DNA from: the human T2T-CHM13v2.0 reference genome, Homo sapiens
DNA: 64,000 nucleotides
Assembly (NCBI RefSeq): GCF_009914755.1
Contig: NC_060936.1
Direction: 5' to 3' (one strand)
Shown here in pieces: positions 1-19,318 of this stretch. Numbering within the stretch: position 1 is the stretch's first letter; each line of letters opens with the position of its first letter. A model generated the notes under the pieces. It ran no database searches, was not told where the DNA came from, and worked only from the letters and a program-made list of their open reading frames with translations. Both the position numbers and the translations under genes were made by a program.

Positions 1-495
<495 letters not shown>

Positions 496-1828
496 TGACC
501 TATGTAAGTAATTTATGAATTTATATTCCTTGATTATTTTTAAAGACATTTGGCATCTTTATGTAATAGAATATTGTATGTATGTATGTTTGTGTGTGTA
601 TATTTAATCATGTAATATATATGATTTTCAGAATTTTTGAGTTATTTTTCTTTAAAAAGAAAGGGAATTATTATTGGTAATGATAGTACTGTTGAATAAA
701 CCTGATGTCATTTTGGATTCACTGGGTGTAAACCAAAGAGATATATTTGTTTTCTAGAATCTCCTACAGTAAAGTGAAATAAACAGGCAATCATACTTCA
801 CAAGTGCATGAGGAAAATAACTATTTTCTTTCTCTTAATGGGAAGGATATAAATTATATGAATGGTGGAAAATGTTTCACATTTTCCTGTTTCTATCATA
901 TACAGTGTGCAGTTCCCTGTGTAACTCATAAATTGATAAAGATCTTGGCTGAGGGGTAGATTGTAGTATTTGCCTTATTCAGATTGCTGAGTACTGTTAG
1001 GTTCTTGAGTCTGAACCAGCCTTTCAAGGTCTTGGGGCAAATGATTTTTTTCATTTTCATAAAAGGACAGTGATTTTTTTATGTTTGAGAGTATAGAAAT
1101 TTAACTGGTCAAATTTACTTTAGAAAAACTGTTTATTGTTTTGCCCATTGTGAATATTAGTTAAGATTTTTGTAAGCTAACAAAAAAATCGAATGTTACA
1201 GAATCTGTGCTATAATCCCTGTGTTCATCTGTTGAAAATTATATGTATATTTTTAAAGGTTTATATACAGTTATGTGTGTAATTTAGAGAAATTTCAGCT
1301 GTTTGTATTAGGTATTAAATTTTTAATTATGTTTTGCTTACCTGCTAAGACTTACGGGAAATGAAATTTCAGAGATATGGTATCAGTTTTCCTAAAGGCT
1401 AATTGAAGCCATATTTCATAAGCTTATAACTTACAGTGATATAGTTACAAGTTTGGTAAGTAATGTTAAATATTTCTCTGTAAGATCACGCAGAGTAGAT
1501 GTTAAAATTAACAAATGTCTGAGAACTGAAAAAGCCTGGGTTCAAATATATTTTTATAACAATAACCCCAAAACTGACCTTCTTCATAGTATTGAACATT
1601 TTAGAGATTTATAAATGACATTGTCACAAAGGGAATTTCTAATACTCATCATGAATTCTATAGGTACTACCTCAATTAAATTACAGTTTGGGTTTTTTCT
1701 TTGATGAGGATAATAAATTTTTGGTATGTCAGATGTTCTTTATTTTAAAATTATATTGACTTTTAGCTAATTCAGTTATTTAACTTTTAGCAAAAACTGA
1801 ATACAACTGCATTTGGTAAGTACCATTA

Positions 1829-2016
1829 TAGGTTGAACATCCCAAATCCAAAAATCCAAACTGTGAAATGCTCCAAAATCCAAAACTTACATGATGCTGA
1901 AAGCAAATGCTTATTAGAGAATTTTGGATTTGGGACTGTCAAATTTGGGATGGTAAATATTCTGAAATCTGAATACTTCTGGTCTCAAGCATTTTGAGTA
2001 AGGAGTACTCAACCTG
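1829..2016 (-). mobile_element. Tigger4a/MER46-type MITE (TcMar-Tigger)
   Basis: Termini (t)aggttgaacatccc ... gagtactcaacctg flanked by TA; internal ccaaaatccaaaa motifs. Confidence 0.75.
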
Positions 2017-2049
2017 TAGTCAATTTTTTTCTATTTCTTGCATCAACCC

Positions 2050-3690
2050 TCCTCCTTTTTTTCACTTTGATCAAGTAGGTCAGATTTAACATCTCATCTG
2101 GGCTATTATAATACTAATTTAACTGGTTTCTTTGCCTTGTAATTCATTCTATACATGGTTTCCAAAATAATTTTTATGTAGTCATCTTTACATAGTAGTT
2201 AGTTTAGAACTACCCTAAGTTCTTTTGTCTCTCTTTCAAGGGCCTTTGTGATCTGGTAGTAGCCAGACTGTAGACTTTTCATTCACTGTTATCCTTGTCA
2301 TACTAGTGGCCCAGTGAAACTGAAAATTACTTTGTACCTCCCGGCACATATTTGCAATTTGTTCCTACTTCTGGTTCTTTGTTCTGGTTGTGCTATTCAG
2401 CTAAAACATTTTCTCCATCTCCGCATGTTCAGATCACACTCTTCCTTCATAGCCCAGTTTAAATGGCTCTTTCTCTACTGAGCTTTTCTGTCAGTCCTCT
2501 AGCCTGCCTAATCCCAAATTTTGAAGTGACTGTTCTTTTTCATTAATTACTGTTTAGTTTCGTCTGTGGCATTTTATACTGTTAGCTAGTCTCTTTTTCA
2601 TTGTCAGTCATGACACTGCATACCCCTGGTTCTTTCCTACTATTCTGATCTTCCCTTTTGACTTCTTTACTTATCTTCTCTCTCCCTTCCTCTTAACAAT
2701 TGTTTTTAGGGTTTTGTCCTTGATCCTTTTATATTTTCACTTCGATGAAATCTTTTAATTGAAGATATCCAGATTTATGCCATCATTCTTGACCCTTCTT
2801 TGGAGCCTTCCTGCCTTGATCAATATGTAACTTAAAGTCAGCATCTCTAAAACATATCTCCCCTTTTACTGTTCCACACTTGAACTCTTATTTCTTTTCG
2901 CACTTAATAAAATCACTGTTCATCTAGGAGCATAAGCCAGATAACTACCTGTATAAGTCTTTCTCAAGTCTTTTTGTTTATTCAGTATAGTTAGGACTGG
3001 AGTGTCTGTAATCATCATGTTCCTTTTGAACTCTTTACTTTTCAATTATATTGAAGTACTTGCTGTTCCCTAAACACATCCTGTGGTTTCATGACTCTGT
3101 AGCTTTTAATATGCTGTTCTCTTTGCCTGGAAAGTCCTAGTAAGAATTATACAGACTTGGATATGAATCCTGGCTTCACCATTAACAGCTATGTAACCTT
3201 GGTCAACTTAATTAGCCTTTCAAGTACCTGTTTCTTTATTTGTAAAATGGTAATAATATATACTTTAAAAAAGTATTGTGAAAATCAAGTGTGAATATGC
3301 ACATATACATGCATACATATTATATAACTTATATACAGGTATATTAATATGTACAATAGTTAATTATGCATATACGATTACAATGATAATATATACTATT
3401 AAAGATTAAATGTGTATATATGCTTGATATGGTGCTGTTTAAATACTCATTTTCCTCTTTTTCTTACCTTTCCTCTCTTGCAAGCTCTGTGTCATATATT
3501 AAGCTTACCTTAGGATCATTAGTTTTGTGAAGTCTTTTTTTTTTAAATATGATGTAATCCTTTTCTTCACTGTACTTGTATTTTAATCTTCCAAATCTTT
3601 TATGTGATATAAAAGTTTGTCTCTGTATCTTTTCTAGAATGTGAGCTTTAGGATTGGGAAACTGTCTTGTTTATATTTGTATCCTCTTTA
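2050..3690 (+). mobile_element. Degraded L2 fragments with an interspersed MIR (~3150-3290)
   Basis: L2 motifs gctgttctctttgcctggaa and ctagaatgtgagc; MIR core tgaatcctggcttcacc...tgtaaaatgg. Boundaries approximate. Confidence 0.55.
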
Positions 3691-5073
3691 ATAAAACTTT
3701 GAAATAGCATCTTATGAGACCCCTCAAGTTAAGTACAGAAGTCATGCACGTATAAGTATATAGACTTTCCTAGGAGAGAAGTTCATAACTTCTTTTAGAT
3801 TCTCAGAGCAATCTATTCTTAAGGTGAAGACTTACTGGCCTAGATTTTGATGCACAAAACAAATATTCCACTGAACTAAACCATGCATTTCCTGACCCTG
3901 GGAAGGGAGGCACCAGCTCCTTTCTGGTTCTGAATCACTTTGGTGGGAGAGTAAATGGAAAGCTGCTGATCCCACTCCTCACTTTCCTGACTCAACTTTT
4001 GGTCCTCCAGCTCTTTCAATTATGATTTTGTAATTAGAAATTTCCCTATATTAAATCTTTCCACTTGAAATTTCTAGGGAAGTTTGTCTATTCCACTAAA
4101 TCCTTTTTTTTTTGTACTAGCACATTATAAGTTTTGGTTGAATTAATAGAATATTACATGAAAAAATGCTAGAAACTTTATTTTTCTTTCTGTAAAGCAT
4201 ATTCTCATGGTGCTGGACAGATTAAAAAACAATATATTTTCTTTGTAATATCTCTGTATATATACGATGCAGTGTTCATACACTTTTGTTATGCAGTCGG
4301 GTGTGGTCTAAAATATGATAACATCATATCTACTATTTTAGATATAGCTCATATTTATCTGCCTCCTTCATTTGAGTAGTTGAGAATATAAACAGAGGAA
4401 ATGGAATTAAATCTCCAAATGTATTTGATTCTTTTTAAAAATTTGTCTCAAAGGCACTCTGATATGAGCAGAGTGTCACCTTTTAAAAAGTCAGTGTACA
4501 GACTAGAACAGAAAGTACACAATTCTTTTCTCCTGTATTTGATCTATTTAAACTAACAGTCATGCTTGTATTTTGATAATACTATAAGATTTTAGTAGAA
4601 CTTTTTAATAATCTTATACAGTTGAATAAATCTTTTATGTTTTATATGTGAAGAGAAAAAATTATTTTTGTATATTACTTTCAAATTCTTCTACTCTTGT
4701 AACTATTTCTTATAGGTCTTTCACTTTTTTTTCCTGTATACATCTCTGATGTTTGGATTTACCATCTGAGTGTGTTTTATGGTTTAATTCAGTCTGAAAT
4801 ACTGCATTTACAACATGACACTAGCTGTAAAAACATTCTGTCTGTGAGGTAATAACTGATCTTACTGTAGTTGTCATTTCTGTTGAATGAGTAATATATA
4901 ATATAGAATTCTTTTTATAGTCTATATGTCTATAATGGTGATGGATTAGATCTTGGATTAGAAGAACATATAGGTAAATGATTTGTATACCTTTGTAAAT
5001 ACCCTTCTATTAAAGATAATTGCTAATTAATGATTAGTGAGTTACTAAACCTTTTATTGAGATATACTGTGCA

Positions 5074-5371
5074 GCCTGATGCAGTGGCTCATACTTGTAA
5101 TCTCAGCACTTTGGGAGGCTGAGGCAAGAAGATCACTTGGGGCCAGGAGCTCAAGACCAACCGGTGCAACATAGTGAGACCGCGTTTCTTTAAAAAAAAA
5201 AAAAAAGCCAGGTATGGTGGCATGCATCTGTAGTCCCAGCTACTTTTAAGTCTGAGGTGAGATGATCACTTGAGCTCAGGAGTTGGAGACTGCAGTCAGC
5301 CATGATTGTACCATTTTATTCTGTCTTTGGTGACAGAATGAGATTCTGTCTAAAAAAATAAATAAATAAAA
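5074..5371 (+). mobile_element. AluJ
   Basis: Dimeric Alu, strongly diverged; TSD agatatactgtgca/agatatcctatgca. Confidence 0.92.
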
Positions 5372-5602
5372 AGATATCCTATGCAATATGGCTTTCTGTT
5401 TGAGACTTGTACTGTCCATTTTTTTCCATCTCTGTATGTCTTCATTTATCAATTACTTTTTCTAGAAAGTGTTTGAAGCATTGATATTTGGCAGTAGTCT
5501 ATTTGGTCTTAATGCTATTTAGTCTTAATAAATTTGGAAGTTTTTATTCATTAAGCAATTTTAGGAAAGATTTCAGTATCATTGTTGTATGGACATGGTA
5601 TT

Positions 5603-5981
5603 TGTATCAGTCATGGTTCAACCAGAGAAGCAGACCCAGTAGGAGATACATGTTATAAATAGTTAGCTTACATGAGTGTGGAGCTGACTAGACAAGTCTG
5701 AAATTCATAGGCTGTTCCATCAGGAAGGGCGGGTTAGAACCCATAGGCACAGGTTGAAACTGCAGTCCACACACAGAATTTCTCCTTTACTAGGGAAGTC
5801 TCAACTCTGCTTTTTAAGACCCTTCAAATGATTGAATCAGGCCATAATTATCTAGGGTAATCTCTTACTTAAAGTAAACTTATTATGGACTTTAATCACA
5901 TACAAAATACCTTCACAGCAACATCTAGATTAGTGTTTCATTACTAGCTTATCCAAGTTGACATTTCAAAAGGCTATCACA
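5603..5981 (-). mobile_element. MLT2-family (ERVL) solo LTR
   Basis: TG...CA termini, MLT2-like ends (reverse complement tgtgatagcc..tgtcaacttgg), perfect 5-bp TSD GTATT at 5598-5602 and 5982-5986. Confidence 0.8.
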
Positions 5982-6704
5982 GTATTCTTATTTTCTTTTG
6001 TGTATGTGTATGTTTCTCTGAATCTATTTAAGTATAGGTTTTGCTATAATAATTATTATTTTTCCTTAGTCTGCCATTAGCAACAGTGTTGTTAGAGTAG
6101 TGTATAGAAAGTAGCTGACATAATTAAAAGGGAATGATTTTAACCCAGTCTTTTGATCTTGTTTCTGTTTTTGCAGTTTTGTAAGTTTTCAGAAACTTGC
6201 TGACCATTGTTGCTGAAAGGACATACTTTTTTGGTTTGACTTATCCCATAGTACCTTGGATTTAATGTTAACAGTGCGAAAATCTGTTTGAATATTTCTC
6301 CTATTTCTCTTATCTGTGCATGTATAGAAAAGACTTGTAAACTGTTGAATTGAAATATTGATTGAAAAGATATTTTAAAAGATAAAGGAGCCTTCTGAAT
6401 ATCATAACTTAAAGGTAGAAATGTACATATATCTCAGGTAAAAGACAAAAAGGATAACTAAAAGAATGAAGATGAACTTTACTCAGAATATTTACAATGA
6501 ATAAAATACAGCCTCACGTACTACCGTTAAGTTGGTAATGCGTTTTATTTTTCTTACCTTCGATAATTTCCACCATCCTACCAATACAAAACATTTTTTT
6601 ACTCCAAGTTAAATCTAATTAAGATGATTTAAGGAGCATTGGGGGATAATGATGCTATTTATTATAGAAGCTGACTACTCTGTGTGCTTTTGCATAACCA
6701 CAGC

Positions 6705-7912
6705 TTAGCTACCACTTATAAGTGAGAACATGTAGTATTTGTTCTTTTGTTCCTGACTTACTTCACTTAGATAATGGCCTCCAGTTCCATCCAAGTTGTT
6801 GCAAAAGACAATATTTCATTCTTTTATATGGCTGAGTGGTATTCCATGGTGTATATATACCACATTTTCTTTATGCACTTGTTGGTTGATAGGCACTTAG
6901 ATTGATTCTTTATCTTTGCATTTGTGAATTGTGCTGTGATAAACATACACTTGCAGATGTCTTTTTGATATAATGATTCCTTTTCATTTGGGTAGATATC
7001 CTCTAGTGTGATTGCTGGATCAAATGGTAGCTCTACTCTTAGTTCCTTGAGAAAGCTCCATACTATTTTCATAAAGGTAGTTTAATGAGATTCAATTTAT
7101 TTATTTTTGTTTTTACTGCATTTGCATTTGGGATCTTAGTCATAAATTCTCTGCCTAGGCCAATGTCCAGAAGCATTTTTCTTAGGTTTTCTCCTAGAAT
7201 TTTTATGGTTTCAGGTCTTAGATTTAAGTCTTTAATACATCTTGGGTTAGTTTTTACATATGGTGAGAGATAGCGATCCCGTTTTATTCTTCTACATGTG
7301 GTTATCCAATTTTCCCAGTACTATTTATTTAATAGTATGGTGTCCTTTCCCAAATTTATATTTTTATCTGCTTTGTTAAAGATCAGTTGGTTGTAGGTAT
7401 TTGGCTGTATTTCTAGGTTCTCCATTCTGTTCTATTGGCCTATGTGTCTACTTTTGTACCAGTTCCATGCTGTTTTGGTTACTATAGCCTTGTAGTATAA
7501 TTTGAAGTCAGGTAATGTGATACCTTCAGATTTTTCCCTTTTGCTTAGGATTTGTTTCTTTGAGCTTTTTTTTTGGTCCCATATGAATTTTAGGATTTTT
7601 TTTTTTTTTTTAGTTCTGTGAAAAATGATGTTGGTATTTTGATAGGAATTGCATTATATCTGTAGATTCCTTTGGGGAACATGGTCATTTTCATAATATT
7701 GATTCTTCCTATCCATGAATATGGTATGTTTTTCCATTTGCTTGTATCATCTATGATTTCTTTCATCAGTCTTTTGTTGTTCCTGTGTAGATGTTTCATT
7801 TCCTTGGTTAAGTATATTCTTAGGTATTTTATTTATTTTGCAGCTGTTGTAAATGGGATTGAGTTCTTGATTTGATTCTTAGCTTGGTCATTATTGGTGT
7901 ATAGCAGTGGCA
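6705..7912 (-). mobile_element. Old L1 (L1PB/L1MA type), 3' part of ORF2, with a ~400-nt internal deletion at ~7080
   Basis: ORFs 6824..7072 and 7590..7799 translate to ORF2p C-terminal motifs ([32 protein letters not shown]). The junction cataaaggt|agtttaat skips the segment present at ~11185-11580 in the neighbouring L1. Confidence 0.9.
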
Positions 7913-7948
7913 CATTTTTTTGTTTCATGAAAGTTAATGGTTGTGTAA

Positions 7949-8292
7949 AGGTTGAGTATCCCTTACCCAAAATGCTTGAGACTGGAAGTTTTGCAGATGA
8001 TAAGAGTTTTTCGGATTTTGGAATATTTGCATATATATAGTATTTCTTGGGGATGAGACCCAAGTGTAAACATGAAATTTATGTTTTATGTATAGCTTAT
8101 ACATATAGCCTGAATGTAATTTTATACAATATTTTAAAGATTTTTTAAATATGAAATGAAATTTTGACTGTGACCTGTCACATGGGATCAAGTGCAGAAT
8201 TTTCCATTTATGGTATCATGTGGATGCTCAAAAAGTGTCAAATTTTGGATTATTTTAGATTTCAGGGTTTTGGATTAGGGATGCACAATCTG
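7949..8292 (+). mobile_element. Tigger4b/MER46B-type MITE
   Basis: aggttgagtatccctta ... tagggatgcacaatctg terminal inverted repeats. Confidence 0.8.
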
Positions 8293-8718
8293 TGTTAGTA
8301 ATGAATTTAGTGGGGGTATGTTTGTCTCTGCCAGGCATGCTATTCTTTTTCAGCAGTGAGTGTGTTTGACATGGTCTGGTTCTTCTGAAATCAGATTTCT
8401 CTTGTAGCATATTTAACAGGAATTTCTAAAGTGTTTCTTATATAAGGATAGCACTCTTTCTAATTGTAAACATTCATGATACAGCCTTTCTTCTTCTTTT
8501 TTTTTATATTGAGTAGGTTTTTTTCCATTGGAGTATTGGAAAAAAGGAGTTTTCTAGGCATGTACTTCTTGTTATATGGAATACTGATAAACTTTGTTTT
8601 CTTGCTAAAATTTTAGTGTGCACAGGTAGCTTTTGAAGATGTCTAATGCAAATTAGGCTTTCTGGACTGTCTAGCACCCTTTGCTTTCACCCTTTGTGAT
8701 TATACTTTTTTGTATTTA

Positions 8719-9047
<329 letters not shown>

Positions 9048-10584
9048 AGAAATAGTGATTGTTAGCCAGTCCTTCTCCATCTCCTTAAATACGACCAGAT
9101 ATTACTTAGGTTTAATGAATTGTATATGTTGGGATGAAAGTAGCATGACTGTATTCGTGGTCAACAGTGAGGATTAAAGATAGGCTGTTTACTCTGAGAT
9201 ATATTCTTTCTTTTTTTGCCTAGTCGTTGGACTACCACCTGTGAAATAGCGTATATTAACTGTCTCTTCCTACAAACATTCTAATGAAGTAAGGTTTTTA
9301 CTATGTGAAACATAACTCTCTTTGTATGAACTCAACGTTTTTTGAGGAATATTCTCTAAACGGAATTCTAGTATGGAGGGTTGGTGGAAAGAGCACTGCT
9401 TTTAGGAATCAGAAAATGTCCATTGTAGTCTTAATCTGTTAATGTTTGACAGGATAATTTAGGCAATACTTGATTTTTTTTAGAACTTATTAATTGTAAA
9501 ATGTGAAAATGGAGAGGATTGAAATGGTTATCTAAGGTTTCTTCTATATGCTGTCTCGTTTGCAGACACTGGGATGTCATAACCAAGTGAGAAGTTTTTC
9601 AGAGTTTCTCTGAAGGGGCTTTCGAGATGAACAGTTATTTTCTTGTTGAATTTGCTCCTGTTCGAGGTTGGAAACTGAATCTTGCAGACTCACTAATCTC
9701 ATTTTATCACTATATTGAGAATAAATCCACCTCTCAGAGACAAGCTAAGCTTATGAAACTTAAATATGAAGCCTGAATGTTAAGTTAATTTACAAGGAGA
9801 AATTTCTGTGCCAGAGACTGGAATACTCAAGGTCCATTCTCTCCCTACACGCAGAACAAATGTTAAGTCATATTATGATCAAAAGGTACATAATGAGCTT
9901 GGAATTGGAATAAAGAGAATTAAATAAATCGAGTTTAATGATATTGCAGCAATTTGCCAATAGGACTGGCAAAATTTAAAATGTTGGCTTAAGTGCCCTT
10001 TCTCTGGATAATACTTAGATGAACCCTGCCAGTGTTTATCTGTGTTTCTTTATTTAAATTTATTTCCTTTATTTAAGTTTCTATGGCTGATTTCCCAATC
10101 TTTCTGATTGATCTTATTATTTATCTAAATATATTAACTGGATAAATTAATATTTTGTATTTTAGTCTTTCTGGCTTGGGAATAGCTAGCTCTCCTTTAT
10201 TTAGGAGACTTTGCATATCTATGTTTTGATCACCTATTTGATGATTATTCTGATAATTTTACTTCGTAAAGCAATTCGCAAATCATTATAATTATTTATC
10301 ATAAAACTTTTAAAAGAAAAATAATGTTGTTCTGCTCATTTTTTAAATGAGGAACCTAAGGCTCAGTGTCTACCCTGGAGTACTGAGCTCTAATGTAGAA
10401 CTGGGATGTGAATCTAGTTCTCAAATCCAAGTTCTTTTTCTACAGTATGCTTTCTAATTGGAAGTGGCTTGAGTCAAGGGAACACAAAGAGCTAAGTATA
10501 TATTTAAGGTATTTTAAACTTCCAATAAAGAAGTTTTTTTTTTCTTATCTAAGTTATACCTTCATAGACATTAAAATAAAGCTT

Positions 10585-15006
<4,422 letters not shown>

Positions 15007-15380
15007 AAATAAAGCTTTCATCAATGCAATAGGAGCCAATTGTTTTTTATATTTTGTTCATTGTAGATGTAGGATCATATTATAGTTAAATTATCACTTT
15101 TTAAGGAGTTAAATGCTGAATATTCTAAATTTCTGATTGATATTTACCTTAAAGATTAGTTTGTGAGGCTTCATACCCAACTCATATGTTTTTTAAAAGT
15201 ATACTATATTTTAGCATTGGTATTTCTGGTTAAAATGTTAAGTTTTTTGTAAATTTTAGTTTTTTATGTTTATCAAGAGGTATAACTTTGGTATTTTACT
15301 GTACTCTTATGGCAGAACATTCTTTATATGAAGGTATTTCCTCACCACCATATCCTTGTTTTTTTTACTTTGAAAAAATG

Positions 15381-16658
15381 TTAGGTTGGTGCAAAAGTAA
15401 TTTCTGTTTTGGACCATGAATTTTAAATCATTATAACTAGGCTTGAACCATCTTTATTAAGCAAATTAGGAAGCATTACAATCAACACATTTTTGCCAAC
15501 AAGAAACAAGGTTGTTTATTCCTGTAGTGTAAAAATCCATGCTTCAGGATTCAGTAACCTCTTGGAAAGCATTTTCTGCACCCTGCTGGTTGTGGAAATG
15601 TTTTCCCTGAAAAAGTTGTTGAGATGCTTGAAAAAGCGGTAGTTGGTTGGCAAGAGGTCAGGTAAATATAGCAGATGAGACAAAACTTCATGGCTCAATT
15701 CGTTCAACTTTTGAAGCATTGGTTGTGCAACATGTGGTCAGGCATTGTCATGGACAAGAATTGGGCCCTTTCTGTTGACCAGTGCTGGCTGCAGGCATTG
15801 TAGTTTTCAGTGCATCTCATTGATTTGCCAAGCATACTTCTCAGATGTAGTGGTTTTGCTGAGATTCAGAAAGCTGTTGTGGATCATACCAGCATCAGAC
15901 CACCAACCAGTGACCATGAACTTTTTGTGGTGCAAGTTTGGCTTTGGGAAGTACTTTGGAGCTTCTTTGCGGTCTACCTACTGAGCTGGTAGTTGCCAGT
16001 TGTCATATAAAATCCACTTTTTGTTGCATGTCACAATCTGATTGAGAAATGATTCATTGTTGTTGCATAGAATAAGAGAAGACAACACTTCAAAATGATG
16101 ATTTTTTTGATTTTCGCTCAGCTCATGAGGCACCCACTTATTGAGCTTTTTCACCTTTCCAGTTTGCTTCAAATGCTAAATGACTGTAGAATGGTCAACG
16201 TTGAGTTCTTTGGCAACCTCTTGTATAGTTGATCAGCCTTGATGATTGCTCTCAATTGGTTGTTGTCAACTTCCAATGGCCAGCCACTGTGATCTTCATC
16301 TTCAAGGCTCTTGTCTCCTTTGCAAAACTTCTTGAACCACCAATGCACTGTACGTTTATTAGCAGTTCCTTGGCCAAATGCGTTGTTGATGTTGCGAGTT
16401 GTCTCTGCTGCTTTATCACCCGTTTTGAACTAAAATAACAAAATTGCTCATATTTGCTTTTTGTCTAACATCATTTCCATGGTCTAAAATAAACATAAAA
16501 TAAACAGCAGGTAATATGTCATCAGCAAAAGAACATAAAGTGAGAAATGCCCATTAAAATGATGTATGACATAACCACATTAATTTAAGAATGTGTTCCA
16601 ACATCAAACAGCGAATTCCAACAATGCAAAAACTGCAGTTACTTTAGCAACAACCTAA
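15381..16658 (-). mobile_element. Near full-length Hsmar1 mariner DNA transposon (1278 bp)
   Basis: 30-bp TIRs TTAGGTTGGTGCAAAAGTAATTTCTGTTTT (15381-15410) and its imperfect inverse (16629-16658), TA on the right flank; transposase motifs WVPHEL and YLPDLLPTNY. Confidence 0.97.
15457..16480 (-). pseudogene. Inactivated Hsmar1 transposase
   Basis: Starts MEMMLDKKQI* (CGA>TGA), further stops and frameshifts; first catalytic Asp reads VTCNKKW, second HDNA is kept, third reads PTNY. Confidence 0.93.
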
Positions 16659-18092
16659 TACAAATGAAAGTCTACCGTTTTCAATTTATTTCACCCTTAG
16701 GGCTGATTAACTTTAATGGATATAATAACAATAGAACTTTATTTAAACTACATATTCCTTGTAAATTTGGGCATATAAAATTTCTTGGAGGTCATTTAAG
16801 AGTTTAGGTGTCTAATAGCTGCTATTTCTTTTAACCTGCTTGAAAAGAGGAGATAATGACACCTAACATTGAGTTGAGAGTTGGAGTCTTTAGTAGGCTC
16901 AAATTTTGCTTTTGAGTCCCTGTTATGGGTTGATGGCACATGTGTTTAGGTATCTAGCTCTAAGTATATGTTGGTGTGATGACTAAGTTTTTTTTTTTAA
17001 TAAATAGTATTTTCACCATATTAATATAAAATAGGCTGGTCTTCTGCTGTTGAAACTATTATGATTATCAAATTTATAAAAGCCACAAGAATGTAGTATA
17101 TAAATTGTCAGGTAGACGTACATTGCCTTTGTTAATACTTAAATAGAGTACTCTATTTGGGTAGTACCCAATGCTTCTCAAACTGTAGATGTACACTTGG
17201 GCAAAGTGCCCTCAAAACTCTAAAGTGAATAATTCTGTTTATGTACAATAATACTTACGTTGTGTGTACTCTGGAAATTATTATGGGGCTGTTTATGTCA
17301 TTTTAGGATGCTGAGTCAGCTTCTGGCAAATGGTATATTTGTAATCTGACAACTGTCAATAAGGTGCTAAAAGTCTTTTTCATAGATATTTCTATTTTAT
17401 GATTTAAATAACAGGCAAAGAAAAGAAAGAAGATTTTAATTTCAAAATACATAGTGATTAAGTCAAAGATTATTAATATACATTATAAAAAGATTAACAG
17501 CAAGAGTGTCTTGGGCATATAGATAGAAAATAGAACAGAAGAAGCTCATTCAGAGAATAAGACATAAAATCTGCAACTGAAGAAAAACTAGCATACATAG
17601 AAGTAAGAGAACTGAAAATAATCTTCGTAGCTTAAATGAATGCAAATTGTGGCAAGCTTTATATTGAAGGTTCAAAGAAAGAGAAGAAAGAACAAATAAT
17701 TGTGTTTCATTTTGCTAATATTCACATACTGTAACTAGATTTCCTATTATAATTAACTGGATGGGCAGAAGGGGACTTTAAAGTAGTTTTGTTTTACTTC
17801 ATTAAGTCTTGTTTTCTACTGGCAGTAGGATATAGTTAAGAGCTTATTTGAGGACTGTTGCTTTTATTTTATTCTTTTAATTGGCATTGTTAAATCACTG
17901 TATATATGCTAGCTAGTCATGTTTTGCTTTCTCTTTAGGCATTTAATGATAGACTGTTGTTGGTATCAATTAAATATATACTTTATGAAAACATTAGTTT
18001 CTTAAAATTCTTTTTGAAGTTTTCATCTCTCTGTCTCTTTTTAACTTATCCTTTTCCTATTTGGTTCTCTGTAGTCTGTTTCCTTGTCTGTA

Positions 18093-18265
18093 TTTTTTTT
18101 TTTATTCCAGGAGATGGGGTCTTGGTCTGCCACCCAGGCTGGAGTACAATGATGTGATCATAGTTCACTGCAGCTGCGAACTCCTGGGTTCAAACCATCT
18201 TTCCACCTCAGCCTTCCCAGTAGCTGGGACACTGTGCTCACCTCCTTGTCTGCAGTGCGCCTGGC
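18093..18265 (-). mobile_element. Alu monomer (FAM/FRAM/FLAM class)
   Basis: Single 7SL-derived arm with poly(T); TSD tccttgtctgtattttt / tccttgcctgtattttt. Confidence 0.8.
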
Positions 18266-18645
18266 TCCTTGCCTGTATTTTTCATTGTTTTTTTAACTAC
18301 TGGAAAAATAACACACACATGCCCAAAATCTTAACATGATTTTAACTTGCATTTTTAGTACTTGTGGAGTGGAGAATATGAGCTTGAGATTTAGAGTAAA
18401 ACAGACATGAACTCTGCTCGTGACTTGACAGTCTTCTAGTTTGTGAAATTTTGTACTTTATAATTAAACTCAGAATCTTAGATTCTTCATTTATGAAATG
18501 GTTGTTATAGGGAGGACGAAATAAGTTGACACACACACAAAAATACTGCACAGCACCTAGACCAGAGTATGTACCAGGTCAATGACAGTTCTCTCCGCTT
18601 TTTTCATTTCACTTAACAGAAATTTGAGCTGTTCTTTTTGGTCAT

Positions 18646-19318
<673 letters not shown>

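Noticed and set aside
3710-3845. Possible hAT-Charlie MITE remnant
   Set aside because: Too diverged to assign family or boundaries by eye.
7070-7090. L1 internal deletion as a possible splicing product
   Set aside because: The junction retains GT and AG (aaaggtagttt), so it does not match clean intron removal; ordinary deletion.
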